Positions 1 through 8,961 of a stretch of DNA of 64,000 bases are shown here, one piece after another. Under the pieces are notes generated by a model. The model was not told the DNA's origin. It did no database searches and worked only from the letters and a program-made list of their open reading frames with translations. Location of the stretch: positions 144,862 through 208,861 of the forward strand of contig JBAYKW010000001.1 of the NCBI GenBank assembly GCA_041664365.1. Direction: 5' to 3'. The translations under genes were made by a program, and so were the position numbers. The stretch is from Patescibacteria group bacterium. Lineage in GTDB: Bacteria > Patescibacteriota > Patescibacteriia > UM-FILTER-42-10. Position 1 is the stretch's first letter. Each line of letters opens with the position of its first letter.

Positions 1-417
1 TTCGACTGGAAGTCGTTCCGGTGCGTCACCAAGCTTGACATCAAGGATTACTACTGGCCGGACATCAGGTTCGGGTGCAAGGTGACGAAGCACGTCAAGT
101 CCAATTCCGTGATCGTGGTTTGGAAAGGGCGCACGATCGGTATCGGCAATGGACAGACCAGCCGAATCAAGTCGACCCGGCTCGCGCTGGAACAGGCCAT
201 GCATAACATGGAAGAGCAGAACATGGATCTGCACCACGCGGTGCTGATCTCGGACAGTTTCTTCCCGTTCGACGACTGCGTGCGCCTTGCGGGCGAGTTC
301 GGCATCAGGACGATTGTACAGCAGGGCGGATCGATGCGTGACCAGGATTCAATCAAGGCTGCAGACGAACTGGGCATCGCGATGCTGTTCACCGACCGCA
401 GGATGTTCTGGCACTAG
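1..417 (+). CDS. purH: bifunctional AICAR transformylase/IMP cyclohydrolase PurH, C-terminal fragment (5' end lies outside window)
   Basis: Frame 1 is open from nt 1. The translation ...CKVTKHVKSNSVIVV...QQGGSMRDQDSIKAADELGIAMLFTDRRMFWH matches the conserved PurH C-terminal region (KHVKSNAIV, GGSxRD). GC is ~60%, against ~35% in the downstream genes. Confidence 0.7.
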   Translation, partial: FDWKSFRCVTKLDIKDYYWPDIRFGCKVTKHVKSNSVIVVWKGRTIGIGNGQTSRIKSTRLALEQAMHNMEEQNMDLHHAVLISDSFFPFDDCVRLAGEFGIRTIVQQGGSMRDQDSIKAADELGIAMLFTDRRMFWH

Positions 418-480
418 AGGGCGGTTCGCTCATTTTTCACGGACCCTGTCTTAACTGCGGAAGTTTTGACAGGTTTTTTT

Positions 481-583
481 ATCCCGTTAGAAGCAGGATA
501 CCTCGCACCTCGTTGCGGGGATGGATGGACATAAGGTATAGAGAATACGGGTTTTAATACCTAAAGTGAGCTTCTAACGGGAT
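481..583. repeat. 14-bp perfect inverted repeat (ATCCCGTTAGAAGC ... GCTTCTAACGGGAT) enclosing ~75 nt; MITE-like or structured-RNA candidate at the high-GC to low-GC junction
   Basis: Read directly: 481-494 atcccgttagaagc and 570-583 gcttctaacgggat are exact reverse complements. The region is non-coding and lies between the purH 3' end and the next gene. Confidence 0.5.
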
Positions 584-629
584 TTATTCCGTAAAATGCG
601 ATATAATATGGGTAATGAAGGAATAAAAT

Positions 630-1154
630 ATGAACGAAAAAAATGAATTGATGATTGTCGTTGATAATAGTAATAATGCTATTGGGAAAGCGACAATGGA
701 GGAAATTAGGAAAAAGGGGCTTAATCACCGTTCAGTACACATTTTCATTTTCAATAAAGATAATGAACTCCTAATCTGTAAACGCCCTCATTTTAAAAAA
801 GCATACCCAAACATGTATACATCTTCTGCTGGAGGAAAAGTTAACTTTGGCGAGACATTTGAAGAATCCGCAAATCGAGAATTAAAAGAGGAATTAGGCA
901 TAGTAACTGAACTGTCAAAAGTTGGGTCTTACGTTATAGAAAATGAGCTGAAAAATAATAAAGTATTTCATGAACTATTTTATGGTATGTCAGAAGGACC
1001 GTTCAATCTTGATCCAAATGAGATTGTACAATGTGAATTTGTTAAATTAGATGAGATTAGTAAAAGAATAAAAAAGGATAATAATAATTTTGTAAGACCA
1101 TTTATTGATGCTTTTAAACTGTATTTAAAAATAAATGATACAAAGAAAAGTTGA
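630..1154 (+). CDS. Nudix hydrolase, isopentenyl-diphosphate isomerase (IDI type 1)-like
   Basis: The GETFEESANRELKEELGI Nudix box (GX5EX7REUXEEXGU) is present. Overall layout resembles small IDI-like Nudix proteins. Confidence 0.6.
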   Translation: MNEKNELMIVVDNSNNAIGKATMEEIRKKGLNHRSVHIFIFNKDNELLICKRPHFKKAYPNMYTSSAGGKVNFGETFEESANRELKEELGIVTELSKVGSYVIENELKNNKVFHELFYGMSEGPFNLDPNEIVQCEFVKLDEISKRIKKDNNNFVRPFIDAFKLYLKINDTKKS

Positions 1155-2040
1155 TCTGCAGGTGCATTCTACCTACTCTGACGGGTCATTAACCCCCTTA
1201 GAGCTTTTTCGTATGGCGAAAAAAACAGGTGTGGAAATACTGGTAGTATGTGATCATGATGCGGCTGAAGGGATGACTGATGTAAAAAAAGCTGCAAAAA
1301 AATACGGATTTCCATTTATTTCCGGAATCGAAGTAACAGTAACTTTCAAAGGGGAAGAATTGCATTTATTAGGCTATGGATTTGATCATCAGCACATTGC
1401 GATAAAGAAAGCGGGGCAGTTTTATGTAAAAAGCAGAATAGTTCGCATTAAAAAGATGATTTCAAATCTTAATAGGCTTGGTTATATAGTCAGTTATAGC
1501 AAGGTTAGCAGAAGAGCAGAAAAAATTATAGGACGTCCGCACCTTGCTGACCAGGTAATATTTGATAAAAGAAATAATAAACAACTGATAAAAGATTTCG
1601 GGTTTGTCCCTGACCGCTCTCAATTCATTGCAAAATATTTGATCAAAGGAGCTAGTGCGTACGCGGAAAAGAAAAATCTTACCGCAAAGGATGCTATCAA
1701 TCTGATACACGACGCGGGCGGCTATGTATTTATATCCCATCCGCTGGGTAGAAGGTATTCGCCTGACCTGTCACTGTGGCCGGTAAAAGGTTCATGGAAA
1801 AGTAATCTGATGGAATTGAAGAAGCTTGGTCTGGACGGCATTGAAGCTTATGCCTCCGATCATTATGTTGAAGATATAAATAATCTGTTAAAATTTGCGA
1901 AGCGGAATAATCTGGAAGTGTCCGGTGGTAGTGATTTTCACAACAGTAACATTCCCGGATTGCCTCTGGGTCATATCTCAAAAACCCGTGCCGTGCCGTA
2001 TTCCGCAGGTGAAAAAATTTTGAAATTAGTTGCAAAATAA
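1135..2040 (+). CDS. PHP-domain phosphoesterase (TrpH/YcdX-like)
   Basis: N-terminal VDLQVHSTYSDGS matches the PHP-domain metal-binding signature (DLHxHSxxSDG). Further His/Asp motifs (CDHD, ISHP, GGSDFH) are present. Confidence 0.7.
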   Translation: MIQRKVDLQVHSTYSDGSLTPLELFRMAKKTGVEILVVCDHDAAEGMTDVKKAAKKYGFPFISGIEVTVTFKGEELHLLGYGFDHQHIAIKKAGQFYVKSRIVRIKKMISNLNRLGYIVSYSKVSRRAEKIIGRPHLADQVIFDKRNNKQLIKDFGFVPDRSQFIAKYLIKGASAYAEKKNLTAKDAINLIHDAGGYVFISHPLGRRYSPDLSLWPVKGSWKSNLMELKKLGLDGIEAYASDHYVEDINNLLKFAKRNNLEVSGGSDFHNSNIPGLPLGHISKTRAVPYSAGEKILKLVAK

Positions 2041-2077
2041 GCTATAATTATATAGGTTAATTATTAATATTATTACT

Positions 2078-2350
2078 ATGGATGAAGTAAAAAAACCGCT
2101 GAAGGAACAGGAAAAAATGTTTAATAAGCAGGAAGATGATCCGGAGCGGATGCTCCCGTCCGGGCATATGTCTCTCATGATGAAATTTCTGTTTCTGGTT
2201 GTACTAAATGTGGTAGTATTTGGCTCGATATATTTGATTGTGAAGTTCTTCTTTGCTCAGAGCAGTGACGTAGCAATCATGTTTTCTGAAATCTTTACGA
2301 TTGTAACATTAATAGGCAGTGTGCTATTCATCATGATAAAAAGAAAATAA
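2078..2350 (+). CDS. small hypothetical membrane protein
   Basis: 90-aa ORF with two hydrophobic helices. No recognisable family. Confidence 0.3.
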   Translation: MDEVKKPLKEQEKMFNKQEDDPERMLPSGHMSLMMKFLFLVVLNVVVFGSIYLIVKFFFAQSSDVAIMFSEIFTIVTLIGSVLFIMIKRK

Positions 2351-2354
2351 CTAT

Positions 2355-3041
2355 ATGCCAAAATCTGTTATCAAACTTCATAAAATTGATAAATCATACC
2401 AGTTAGGCAAGAAAAGATTCCTTCCTGTGATTAAACGTGTTTCACTCGAGATTAATAAAGGAGATTTTATCGCATTTATGGGTCCGTCGGGATCTGGTAA
2501 GTCAACGCTGATGAATATAATAGGATTATTGGACTGGCCGACTGACGGAATCTATGAACTGGACGGACAGAATATACTAGAAATTGCCAAACGTGAATTT
2601 CCAAAAATACGGGGAAAAAAAATTGGATTTATATTTCAAAGTTATAACCTGCTTCCCAGATATTCGGTATATAAAAATGTCGAACTGCCGCTGATTTATG
2701 CCAAAGAGCCGAGGGCTAAAAGAAAGCAAAAAGTCCTGGATGCGATAAAATCAGTAGGGATTACGGAGCGGATGCATCACAAGCCGAATGAACTTTCCGG
2801 CGGAGAAGCTCAAAGGGCGGCGATTGCCCGGGCACTGGTTAATCAACCGGAAATTATATTGGCCGACGAGCCGACCGGCAATTTAGATACTAAAACAGGG
2901 AAAGAAATTATGGAGTTGCTAAAAGCTGCCAATCAGAAAGGCACAACTTTATTGATCGTAACGCATGATCCGGAAATAGCTAAATGGGCAAATAAAACTA
3001 TCAGAATAGTTGACGGAGAATTGGAAGGAGAAAAGGTATGA
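2355..3041 (+). CDS. ABC transporter ATP-binding protein (MacB/LolD family)
   Basis: Walker A GPSGSGKST, ABC signature LSGGEAQR, Walker B ILADEPTGNLD and H-loop VTHD are all present. Confidence 0.85.
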   Translation: MPKSVIKLHKIDKSYQLGKKRFLPVIKRVSLEINKGDFIAFMGPSGSGKSTLMNIIGLLDWPTDGIYELDGQNILEIAKREFPKIRGKKIGFIFQSYNLLPRYSVYKNVELPLIYAKEPRAKRKQKVLDAIKSVGITERMHHKPNELSGGEAQRAAIARALVNQPEIILADEPTGNLDTKTGKEIMELLKAANQKGTTLLIVTHDPEIAKWANKTIRIVDGELEGEKV

Positions 3042-4276
3042 ATATATTTGAAAGCATCCGATTTGCATTTTCATCGATCTGGGCGAATCGCCTAAGGTCA
3101 GTTTTGACAATGCTTGGCATAATAATTGGCGTATTTTCAGTTATCACTTTGGTGAGTATTGGAGATGGCGTAAAACAGGAATTTACCGGTGCGATTGATT
3201 CCTTCGGCGGAAATCTGGCGGCTGTAATTGCAGGTGATATCACAAACGAAGAGATGAACCCCACTTCATTTATGAGCATGTCGTCACTGACAATGGGCGA
3301 TGTGGAAGCGATCAGCGGTGTTGAAAATGTAAATGCAGTCGCTCCACTCATGATAGTTCCGGGATCGGTTACTCCACCGGCGGGTAATCCCTATCTGCCG
3401 ATGGTTTTAGCCACAAACGATCGGATGGACGAGGTTGTTGATATTAAAACAATTGAAGGCAGAAATATTTCCGCGGAAGATATAGCAGAAAAGGCGAAAG
3501 TAATACTGGTGGGTCGCGATGCGGCAAAGAGTGATTTTAATGGGTCTGCTGTCGGACAGAAAGTGAAAGTGTTGGAAGAAGAATTTGAAGTAATAGGGGT
3601 GGTAGAAACAGATATGGAATTTCTGAGCGGTGGCGGTGAAGAAAGTAATATGATGACCAGTCAGCTGCCGAATCTGCATAAAGCATATACTATACCGATT
3701 ACCACAGCGGAAAATACCATGGATGCTTTGAATATATTCCGAATTATGATTGATTTCAAATCGACCGACGCAGTGATCCCCGGTGTTGATAAAATTGATG
3801 CATTAATGCTGGAAAGGCATAAGGGAATTAAGGATTTTACAGTAATGACAACAGATGACATGCTAGAATTATTTGATGAATTCTTTGGAATTTTGACAAA
3901 CGCGATTGCCGGAATAGCAGCAATATCTTTAATTGTGGGAGGAATCGGAATTATGAATATCATGCTTGTCTCTGTAACAGAAAGAACCAGGGAAATCGGA
4001 ATCAGGAAAGCACTGGGTGCTTCGGGATCAAATATTCTGTTCCAGTTTTTAGTTGAATCAAGCGTATTAAGCCTGGTCGGTGGTTTTATCGGGGTTGGAC
4101 TGGCATTTCTGGTTACGCAGTTTATTACGCAGTATTATGGGATTCCGGCATTGATAACTATAAATTCACTCGGGCTGGCATTTGGTGTTTCGGTGATTGT
4201 CGGAATAGTATTTGGAATAATGCCGGCATCAAAGGCCGCTAGAAAAAATCCAATAGAAGCATTGCGCTATGAATAA
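3038..4276 (+). CDS. ABC transporter permease, MacB/FtsX-like (periplasmic domain plus C-terminal 4-TM FtsX domain)
   Basis: There is an N-terminal TM helix, a large extracytoplasmic domain and a C-terminal FtsX-type membrane domain. It overlaps the upstream ATPase gene by 4 nt, which suggests an operon. Confidence 0.75.
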   Translation: MNIFESIRFAFSSIWANRLRSVLTMLGIIIGVFSVITLVSIGDGVKQEFTGAIDSFGGNLAAVIAGDITNEEMNPTSFMSMSSLTMGDVEAISGVENVNAVAPLMIVPGSVTPPAGNPYLPMVLATNDRMDEVVDIKTIEGRNISAEDIAEKAKVILVGRDAAKSDFNGSAVGQKVKVLEEEFEVIGVVETDMEFLSGGGEESNMMTSQLPNLHKAYTIPITTAENTMDALNIFRIMIDFKSTDAVIPGVDKIDALMLERHKGIKDFTVMTTDDMLELFDEFFGILTNAIAGIAAISLIVGGIGIMNIMLVSVTERTREIGIRKALGASGSNILFQFLVESSVLSLVGGFIGVGLAFLVTQFITQYYGIPALITINSLGLAFGVSVIVGIVFGIMPASKAARKNPIEALRYE

Positions 4277-4613
4277 AAAAACTGAGAAGAAAACCGCGAA
4301 AAAACTTCCAAAAAAAATTACCCGCCAGGACGCGGAAAATGCTCTAATGGAAGTGATCGATCCTGAATTAGGCATTAATATTGTTGATCTCGGACTGGTT
4401 TATAAACTTGTTATCCGAGACAATTCAATCACTCTGAAAATGACATTAACATTTCCGGGCTGTCCGCTGGCCGGGCCGATTACCAGGCAGGCACAGGATG
4501 TGCTGGAAAAAATACCAAACGTAAAAACTGTTAAAGTGTTTCTGGTTTGGGATCCGCCCTGGACACCGGATATGGTAAAAGAAAGCGCTAAAGATGAATT
4601 AGGACTATCGTAA
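4269..4613 (+). CDS. DUF59 / MIP18-family Fe-S cluster assembly protein (SufT-like)
   Basis: VIDPELGINIVDLGLVY...TLTFPGCP is the characteristic DUF59 motif with its conserved Cys. Confidence 0.6.
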   Translation: MNKKTEKKTAKKLPKKITRQDAENALMEVIDPELGINIVDLGLVYKLVIRDNSITLKMTLTFPGCPLAGPITRQAQDVLEKIPNVKTVKVFLVWDPPWTPDMVKESAKDELGLS

Positions 4614-5077
4614 TGAATAATAAAAAAATAACCGTAATAGTAGCAATTCTGTTTGGAATAATATTATTGTGGGTATGGCTTGCTCAAAATAATTATTTTA
4701 TGGATGAAAATGACAAAAGCAGTACTGCGGGTCAGGAGATTAATCTGGAGGACGAGCCGAAAGTTCGTTTAATATTTCCGGGAAACCAGGCAATACTGAA
4801 TCCCGGGCCGCTGGTCGCGCAATATTCATTATCCGGGGAAACAAGTAATGTACAAAGAGTTGATTTTGAATTAATAAAAAATGGCGAAACAGTTATCAAA
4901 GTTTCAGGTTCATTCAGTCCAGTGAGTAATTCGGGGAGTCAAATGATCAGGACGGTAGAGGAGGGAGAATACACGTTGAAAGCAATGCTTGTTAATCAGA
5001 CTGGAGAGTATTTTGAATCATCCGAATCAGCTTATATATCATTTTTTAAAGTTCAAAAATCGTATTTTGAAGAATAA
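4613..5077 (+). CDS. hypothetical N-terminally membrane-anchored protein
   Basis: Single N-terminal TM helix followed by a ~120-aa soluble domain. No family recognised. Confidence 0.3.
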   Translation: MNNKKITVIVAILFGIILLWVWLAQNNYFMDENDKSSTAGQEINLEDEPKVRLIFPGNQAILNPGPLVAQYSLSGETSNVQRVDFELIKNGETVIKVSGSFSPVSNSGSQMIRTVEEGEYTLKAMLVNQTGEYFESSESAYISFFKVQKSYFEE

Positions 5078-5095
5078 TTATTTTTCTAATTATCA

Positions 5096-5803
5096 ATGGC
5101 GGAATATTTAGCATTTCTTATGTGGTTTGTAATGTTGATAGTATTCAGTTTTGTGCTGGATTATTTGTGGAGCAGAATATTTCCAAAACACGGATACCGT
5201 TGGTTTATCACATTAGGAATAGTCATTCATGAGCTGAGCCATGCTGTAGCATGTGTTTTAGTTGGAGCTAAAATCATGAAGATCAGCTTTTTTGCCCCGA
5301 GTGGCGGAGAGGTGGAACATGGTCCTCCGAGAATCCCGATCATTGGAAAACCTATAATCGGCCTTGCTCCGTTAATCGGATGTTCATTATCACTATGGGG
5401 TCTTTTTGTGTTATTCGGTTATCATAATTCACTGCCGGTAATTGATTTTTCAGCGGAATTTCTGCAAAATGTAAATACTCTTTTTCAGAGCGCATTAGAA
5501 TTTTTTAAACAGTACAGCAATAACTGGATGTTTTGGTTATTTTTGTACCTTGCAACAGGTATTTCAGCGTCTATAGCGCCAAGCACTGTTGATATAAGAA
5601 ACGCCATATGGGGAATTCTATTTCTAACCATTTTAGGTGGTGCTATGATGTATTATGGAATTGGGAATGAATTAATTGAAAAATTGATTAACAAATATCT
5701 CGGGCGCGTGGTATCATTAGGAGCGCTGATGGAATTTTTTGCCCTAATTGTGACCTTGCCGATATATTTTATAAAAAGCACGCTGATGAAGCGGCCAATA
5801 TAA
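5096..5803 (+). CDS. putative membrane zinc metalloprotease (HExxH within a TM segment; M50/DUF3267-like)
   Basis: Multi-TM protein carrying IHELSHAV, an HExxH motif, inside a hydrophobic segment. Confidence 0.35.
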   Translation: MAEYLAFLMWFVMLIVFSFVLDYLWSRIFPKHGYRWFITLGIVIHELSHAVACVLVGAKIMKISFFAPSGGEVEHGPPRIPIIGKPIIGLAPLIGCSLSLWGLFVLFGYHNSLPVIDFSAEFLQNVNTLFQSALEFFKQYSNNWMFWLFLYLATGISASIAPSTVDIRNAIWGILFLTILGGAMMYYGIGNELIEKLINKYLGRVVSLGALMEFFALIVTLPIYFIKSTLMKRPI

Positions 5804-5807
5804 TAGT

Positions 5808-6386
5808 ATGAAAAAAATTATACTTGCCTCTACATCACCAAGAAGAACTGAACTGCTGAAAAATATAGGTTTGAAATTTTCAGTTGAAGACAGCAAATAC
5901 CAGGAGGACATGGGGAAAAAAATATCACCGGTCCGTCTGGCCAAGTTTTTGGCTTTGAGCAAAGCACAGGCCGTGGCAAAAAGGCACGCAAAGGGGATTG
6001 TCATCGGTGCGGATACCTTTGTAGTGCTAGGCGGACAGTTACTGGGCAAGCCGAAGAATAAAGCTGATGCCCGAAAAATGCTGAAAAAGATCAGTGGAAA
6101 AGATGTTTTGGTGATAACCGGTTTTGCGATTATTGACGCGGGAACGGGAAAGAAACATTCCGGTCACAGTACCGCAAAGGTTTCTATTAAGAATCTGACG
6201 TCCGGTGAGATAGAATGGTACATCAGGACCGGAGAACCACTGGATAAAGCGGGCGCTTTCGCTGTTCAGGAATACGGTGCAGTACTGATCCGGAAGCTGT
6301 CTGGTGATTATTTCAGCGTTGTCGGGTTACCAATTTACATGGTTGCAGAAGCACTAAAAAAATTTGGAATTACAGTAATGAAATAA
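5808..6386 (+). CDS. maf: Maf-like nucleoside triphosphate pyrophosphatase
   Basis: N-terminal IILASTSPRRTELL and the downstream GADT..V.G...GKP pattern are typical of the Maf/YhdE family. Confidence 0.8.
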   Translation: MKKIILASTSPRRTELLKNIGLKFSVEDSKYQEDMGKKISPVRLAKFLALSKAQAVAKRHAKGIVIGADTFVVLGGQLLGKPKNKADARKMLKKISGKDVLVITGFAIIDAGTGKKHSGHSTAKVSIKNLTSGEIEWYIRTGEPLDKAGAFAVQEYGAVLIRKLSGDYFSVVGLPIYMVAEALKKFGITVMK

Positions 6387-6387
6387 A

Positions 6388-7389
6388 ATGCTAATCAATA
6401 CTATTATATTAATCGCGCTTCTACTGATTGCTGGTTTTTTTTCCGCAGCTGAAAGCGCATTGCTTTCCATAACCGATGTGAAAGTACGAACGTTCCTCAA
6501 ACAGAAAAAAAGGGGAGCGGGTACACTGCAAAAGTTAAAAAGAAATCCACGCAGAATGATTATTGTGATACTGGTCGGTAACAACGTAGCGAATATTTCT
6601 GCGGCATCGCTCATGTCAATAATCGTTAATGATAGTTTCGGTTCGGCAGCGCTTGGTTATGCTACCGGAATACTGACTCTACTGGTATTGATCTTCGGAG
6701 AGATTACCCCAAAAACATTTGCTAACCGGTTTTCTGGTACAATTTCACTGTGGATTTCGCGTCCAATATATTTGTTCGGCATAGTAATATTTCCTGTTAC
6801 CTGGCTATTGGAATGGATAACCAGCGCAATGCACAAATTAGTAAAGGTGCAGGATCATGAATCGATAACAGAAACAGAAATAAAAGAAATGATCCAGTTC
6901 GGTGTGGAAAAAAATGTAATCGAACCGCATGAGCAGTACATCATGAACCGCGCTCTGAAATTCAGTGATATATCGGTGAAAGAAATTATGGTGCCTTTTA
7001 AAAATATTTTTTCTCTACCTGGCGAGAAAAACGTTGCTGAAGCGATGAATAAAATAATTCTGAGTGGATATTCACGCGTCCCGATCTATGAGAGAGATCC
7101 CAAAAATATCGTTAGTGTGGCGCTGGCAAAAGACATTGCACGTCAGTTAGTGAAAAAAAATGATTCAATTCAGATAAATCAGATCGCCAAAAAGCCGATT
7201 ATTGTTGATGAGGATTTTAAGATAAAATATTTGTTCAAAATATTTCAAAGAACTCATGTCCACATTGCTGTGATTGTTGATAAACAACAGAGGACTGTTG
7301 GTATAGCCACTTTAGAGGACTTGTTGGAAGAACTGGTGGGGGAAATAGAGGACGAAAGTGACAAAATAGAAAGCGGACAGATTGCTTGA
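6388..7389 (+). CDS. HlyC/CorC (CNNM) family transporter, DUF21 plus CBS pair
   Basis: N-terminal 4-TM DUF21 region followed by a CBS pair and C-terminal CorC_HlyC-like region. This is the typical TlyC/CorC architecture. Confidence 0.75.
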   Translation: MLINTIILIALLLIAGFFSAAESALLSITDVKVRTFLKQKKRGAGTLQKLKRNPRRMIIVILVGNNVANISAASLMSIIVNDSFGSAALGYATGILTLLVLIFGEITPKTFANRFSGTISLWISRPIYLFGIVIFPVTWLLEWITSAMHKLVKVQDHESITETEIKEMIQFGVEKNVIEPHEQYIMNRALKFSDISVKEIMVPFKNIFSLPGEKNVAEAMNKIILSGYSRVPIYERDPKNIVSVALAKDIARQLVKKNDSIQINQIAKKPIIVDEDFKIKYLFKIFQRTHVHIAVIVDKQQRTVGIATLEDLLEELVGEIEDESDKIESGQIA

Positions 7390-7499
7390 TATTTATTGCT
7401 CAATCAGTTAAAGTAACGGACTGATCTGTTTTTGGTCAGTTTGCTCATAAAATTAGGTCGAAGTTAGTAACCAAAGTCTCAATTCCGGGAGGTTTCCGC

Positions 7500-8753
7500 A
7501 TGAGAACCCTTTTGTGTTTGTGTGCCATCATTCTGATGGTGCTGCCTGGTCTTTCGGCAACAGCTGCCGAGCTCCAGTACAAGGCCGTTGCCGGACTCGA
7601 TGCAAGCCCCCGGCAAGTGGGCGGTGAACAGGTTGGAGACATCACGGCGTTCGGCTTGAAGCTGTTCGCCACGGATCCGCGCACGCACAGCATGCTTTTT
7701 GGCTTCCAGTACAAGGAATACGACAACAACGTGCCGGAGAGCGCGGGACTCGCTCTGACCAAGCATGAATTTGCCGCAGGAGTAAGCCTGCAGTTCAGCC
7801 GGCCTCTTTCGCTGAAGGTGGCCTACACGCAGGCTGAATACATGAACGACGATCCCTATTCCGCGTTCGGACTGTACCCCTGCTACCGTGGCGGTGATCG
7901 GGGACTGGATGCCGGTCTGGAGCGTGATCTGGCCGGGACCACATTCACGTTCCTGCAGGCGAAACTGAACCGAGGACACGGTACGTGGTACGGCAACGGG
8001 TCGTACGAGCGGTTTCTGACGACTGGTCACGGTTCTTCTGCTGAAGCGGAGAGCTTCGAGCGAATCGGCGGAGGGTATCTGTATTCGGTGCCGGACACGC
8101 GCTTCCGTCTTTTGGCCGGCGCCAACTACAATTTCACTGAGGCGAAACCCACCTGGATTTTTGGCGCTTCACACCACACAAACTCCGGATCGTCCGGCGT
8201 GAATCCGGCCCTTTCGGTATTCTACCGTCTGAAGCCGAATTCGCGGTATGCGCTGGGGATTCTGGCACTTTGGGCGGATTTCGGTCAGCATGCAACGCTT
8301 GGGATTCACGAGGCCGCGTTGCGTGGCGGTTTGAAACGGACGCAGATCATCGCCGGACGGAACATGGGGGATCCGGGAATCGGATCGGCATACGACGCCA
8401 GTGATTTCGGTCTGATCACTTTCGCCGCATCACTGATGTCAGTGGACGCCGGGGATGCGACTTTGATCGAGAACGATCTGACCGGTTACGCGACCTATCC
8501 TGGTTCAATTCTGGGAGTCGCACGGCCGTACATCGGTGCTACGTGGGTCGAGTCGTCTGACCTGATCTATGACCCCTCTCTGCACAGTCTCACCGATCCC
8601 GAGCAGTCCAGGACGGAGTTCAAGCTGGGAGCGAAGATTCCGGTCGGCACGGTTAACCCTGATGACCGGAATTATGAGACTGGCTACCTGCGGGTTGAGC
8701 TGGTCGTAAACAACATCGGCGGTGGAAGCATCAAATTCCAGCACTGGTTCTAG
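7500..8753 (+). CDS. putative outer-membrane beta-barrel protein (signal peptide, C-terminal ...KFQHWF), lying in a high-GC island
   Basis: Signal peptide ends SATA-AE. There are alternating amphipathic strands and a terminal aromatic Phe typical of OMP beta-barrels. GC is ~60% with a strong GGGAGG RBS, both out of character for the backbone. Confidence 0.5.
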   Translation: MRTLLCLCAIILMVLPGLSATAAELQYKAVAGLDASPRQVGGEQVGDITAFGLKLFATDPRTHSMLFGFQYKEYDNNVPESAGLALTKHEFAAGVSLQFSRPLSLKVAYTQAEYMNDDPYSAFGLYPCYRGGDRGLDAGLERDLAGTTFTFLQAKLNRGHGTWYGNGSYERFLTTGHGSSAEAESFERIGGGYLYSVPDTRFRLLAGANYNFTEAKPTWIFGASHHTNSGSSGVNPALSVFYRLKPNSRYALGILALWADFGQHATLGIHEAALRGGLKRTQIIAGRNMGDPGIGSAYDASDFGLITFAASLMSVDAGDATLIENDLTGYATYPGSILGVARPYIGATWVESSDLIYDPSLHSLTDPEQSRTEFKLGAKIPVGTVNPDDRNYETGYLRVELVVNNIGGGSIKFQHWF

Positions 8754-8776
8754 CACATCGTGCCCATAGGGGTACA

Positions 8777-8813
8777 CGCGCTGTTTTGAGAGGGGAATAC
8801 AGCGCTTTTTTTA
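8777..8813 (+). terminator. rho-independent terminator after the OMP gene
   Basis: Stem GCGCTGT / ACAGCGC followed by TTTTTTT, read directly. Confidence 0.6.
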
Positions 8814-8961
8814 TTCTTGTATATTACGATTGATGAAAATATTTATATATTGAAGTTATTTTAATAAACCAAAAAGCAGAAGCAACCAGTTCATGGTGCT
8901 AAGTTCATACTTAGTTGTAATGGAGTTAAGAATCTAGGGAAATAGTATCCTAGATCCTATA

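Noticed and set aside
82-417. ORF-track 111-aa ORF treated as a complete gene
   Set aside because: The frame is open upstream to nt 1 and the sequence is the PurH C-terminal region, so this is a 3' fragment of a larger gene, not a 111-aa protein.
1462-2035. Antisense ORFs (1462-1740 and 1730-2035 on the minus strand) and similar shadow ORFs throughout (e.g. 3001-3351, 3407-3963, 5744-6049, 6354-6614, 24529-24729, 25510-25984, 29755-29949, 30850-31116, 34544-34837, 37434-37817, 38884-39618, 40242-41753, 41657-42076, 47781-48180, 48315-48798, 49835-50414, 52652-53080, 54495-55267, 55349-55900, 57201-57512, 58602-59048, 59169-59538, 59866-60201)
   Set aside because: Each lies entirely inside a longer ORF on the opposite strand that has clear family motifs. 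They have no motifs of their own and are the usual antisense open frames.
7445-8030. Minus-strand ORFs 7445-7762 and 7479-8030, plus 8505-8777, in the high-GC island
   Set aside because: High-GC DNA keeps many frames open. The plus-strand 417-aa ORF has a signal peptide, an RBS and a terminator, and explains the whole segment.
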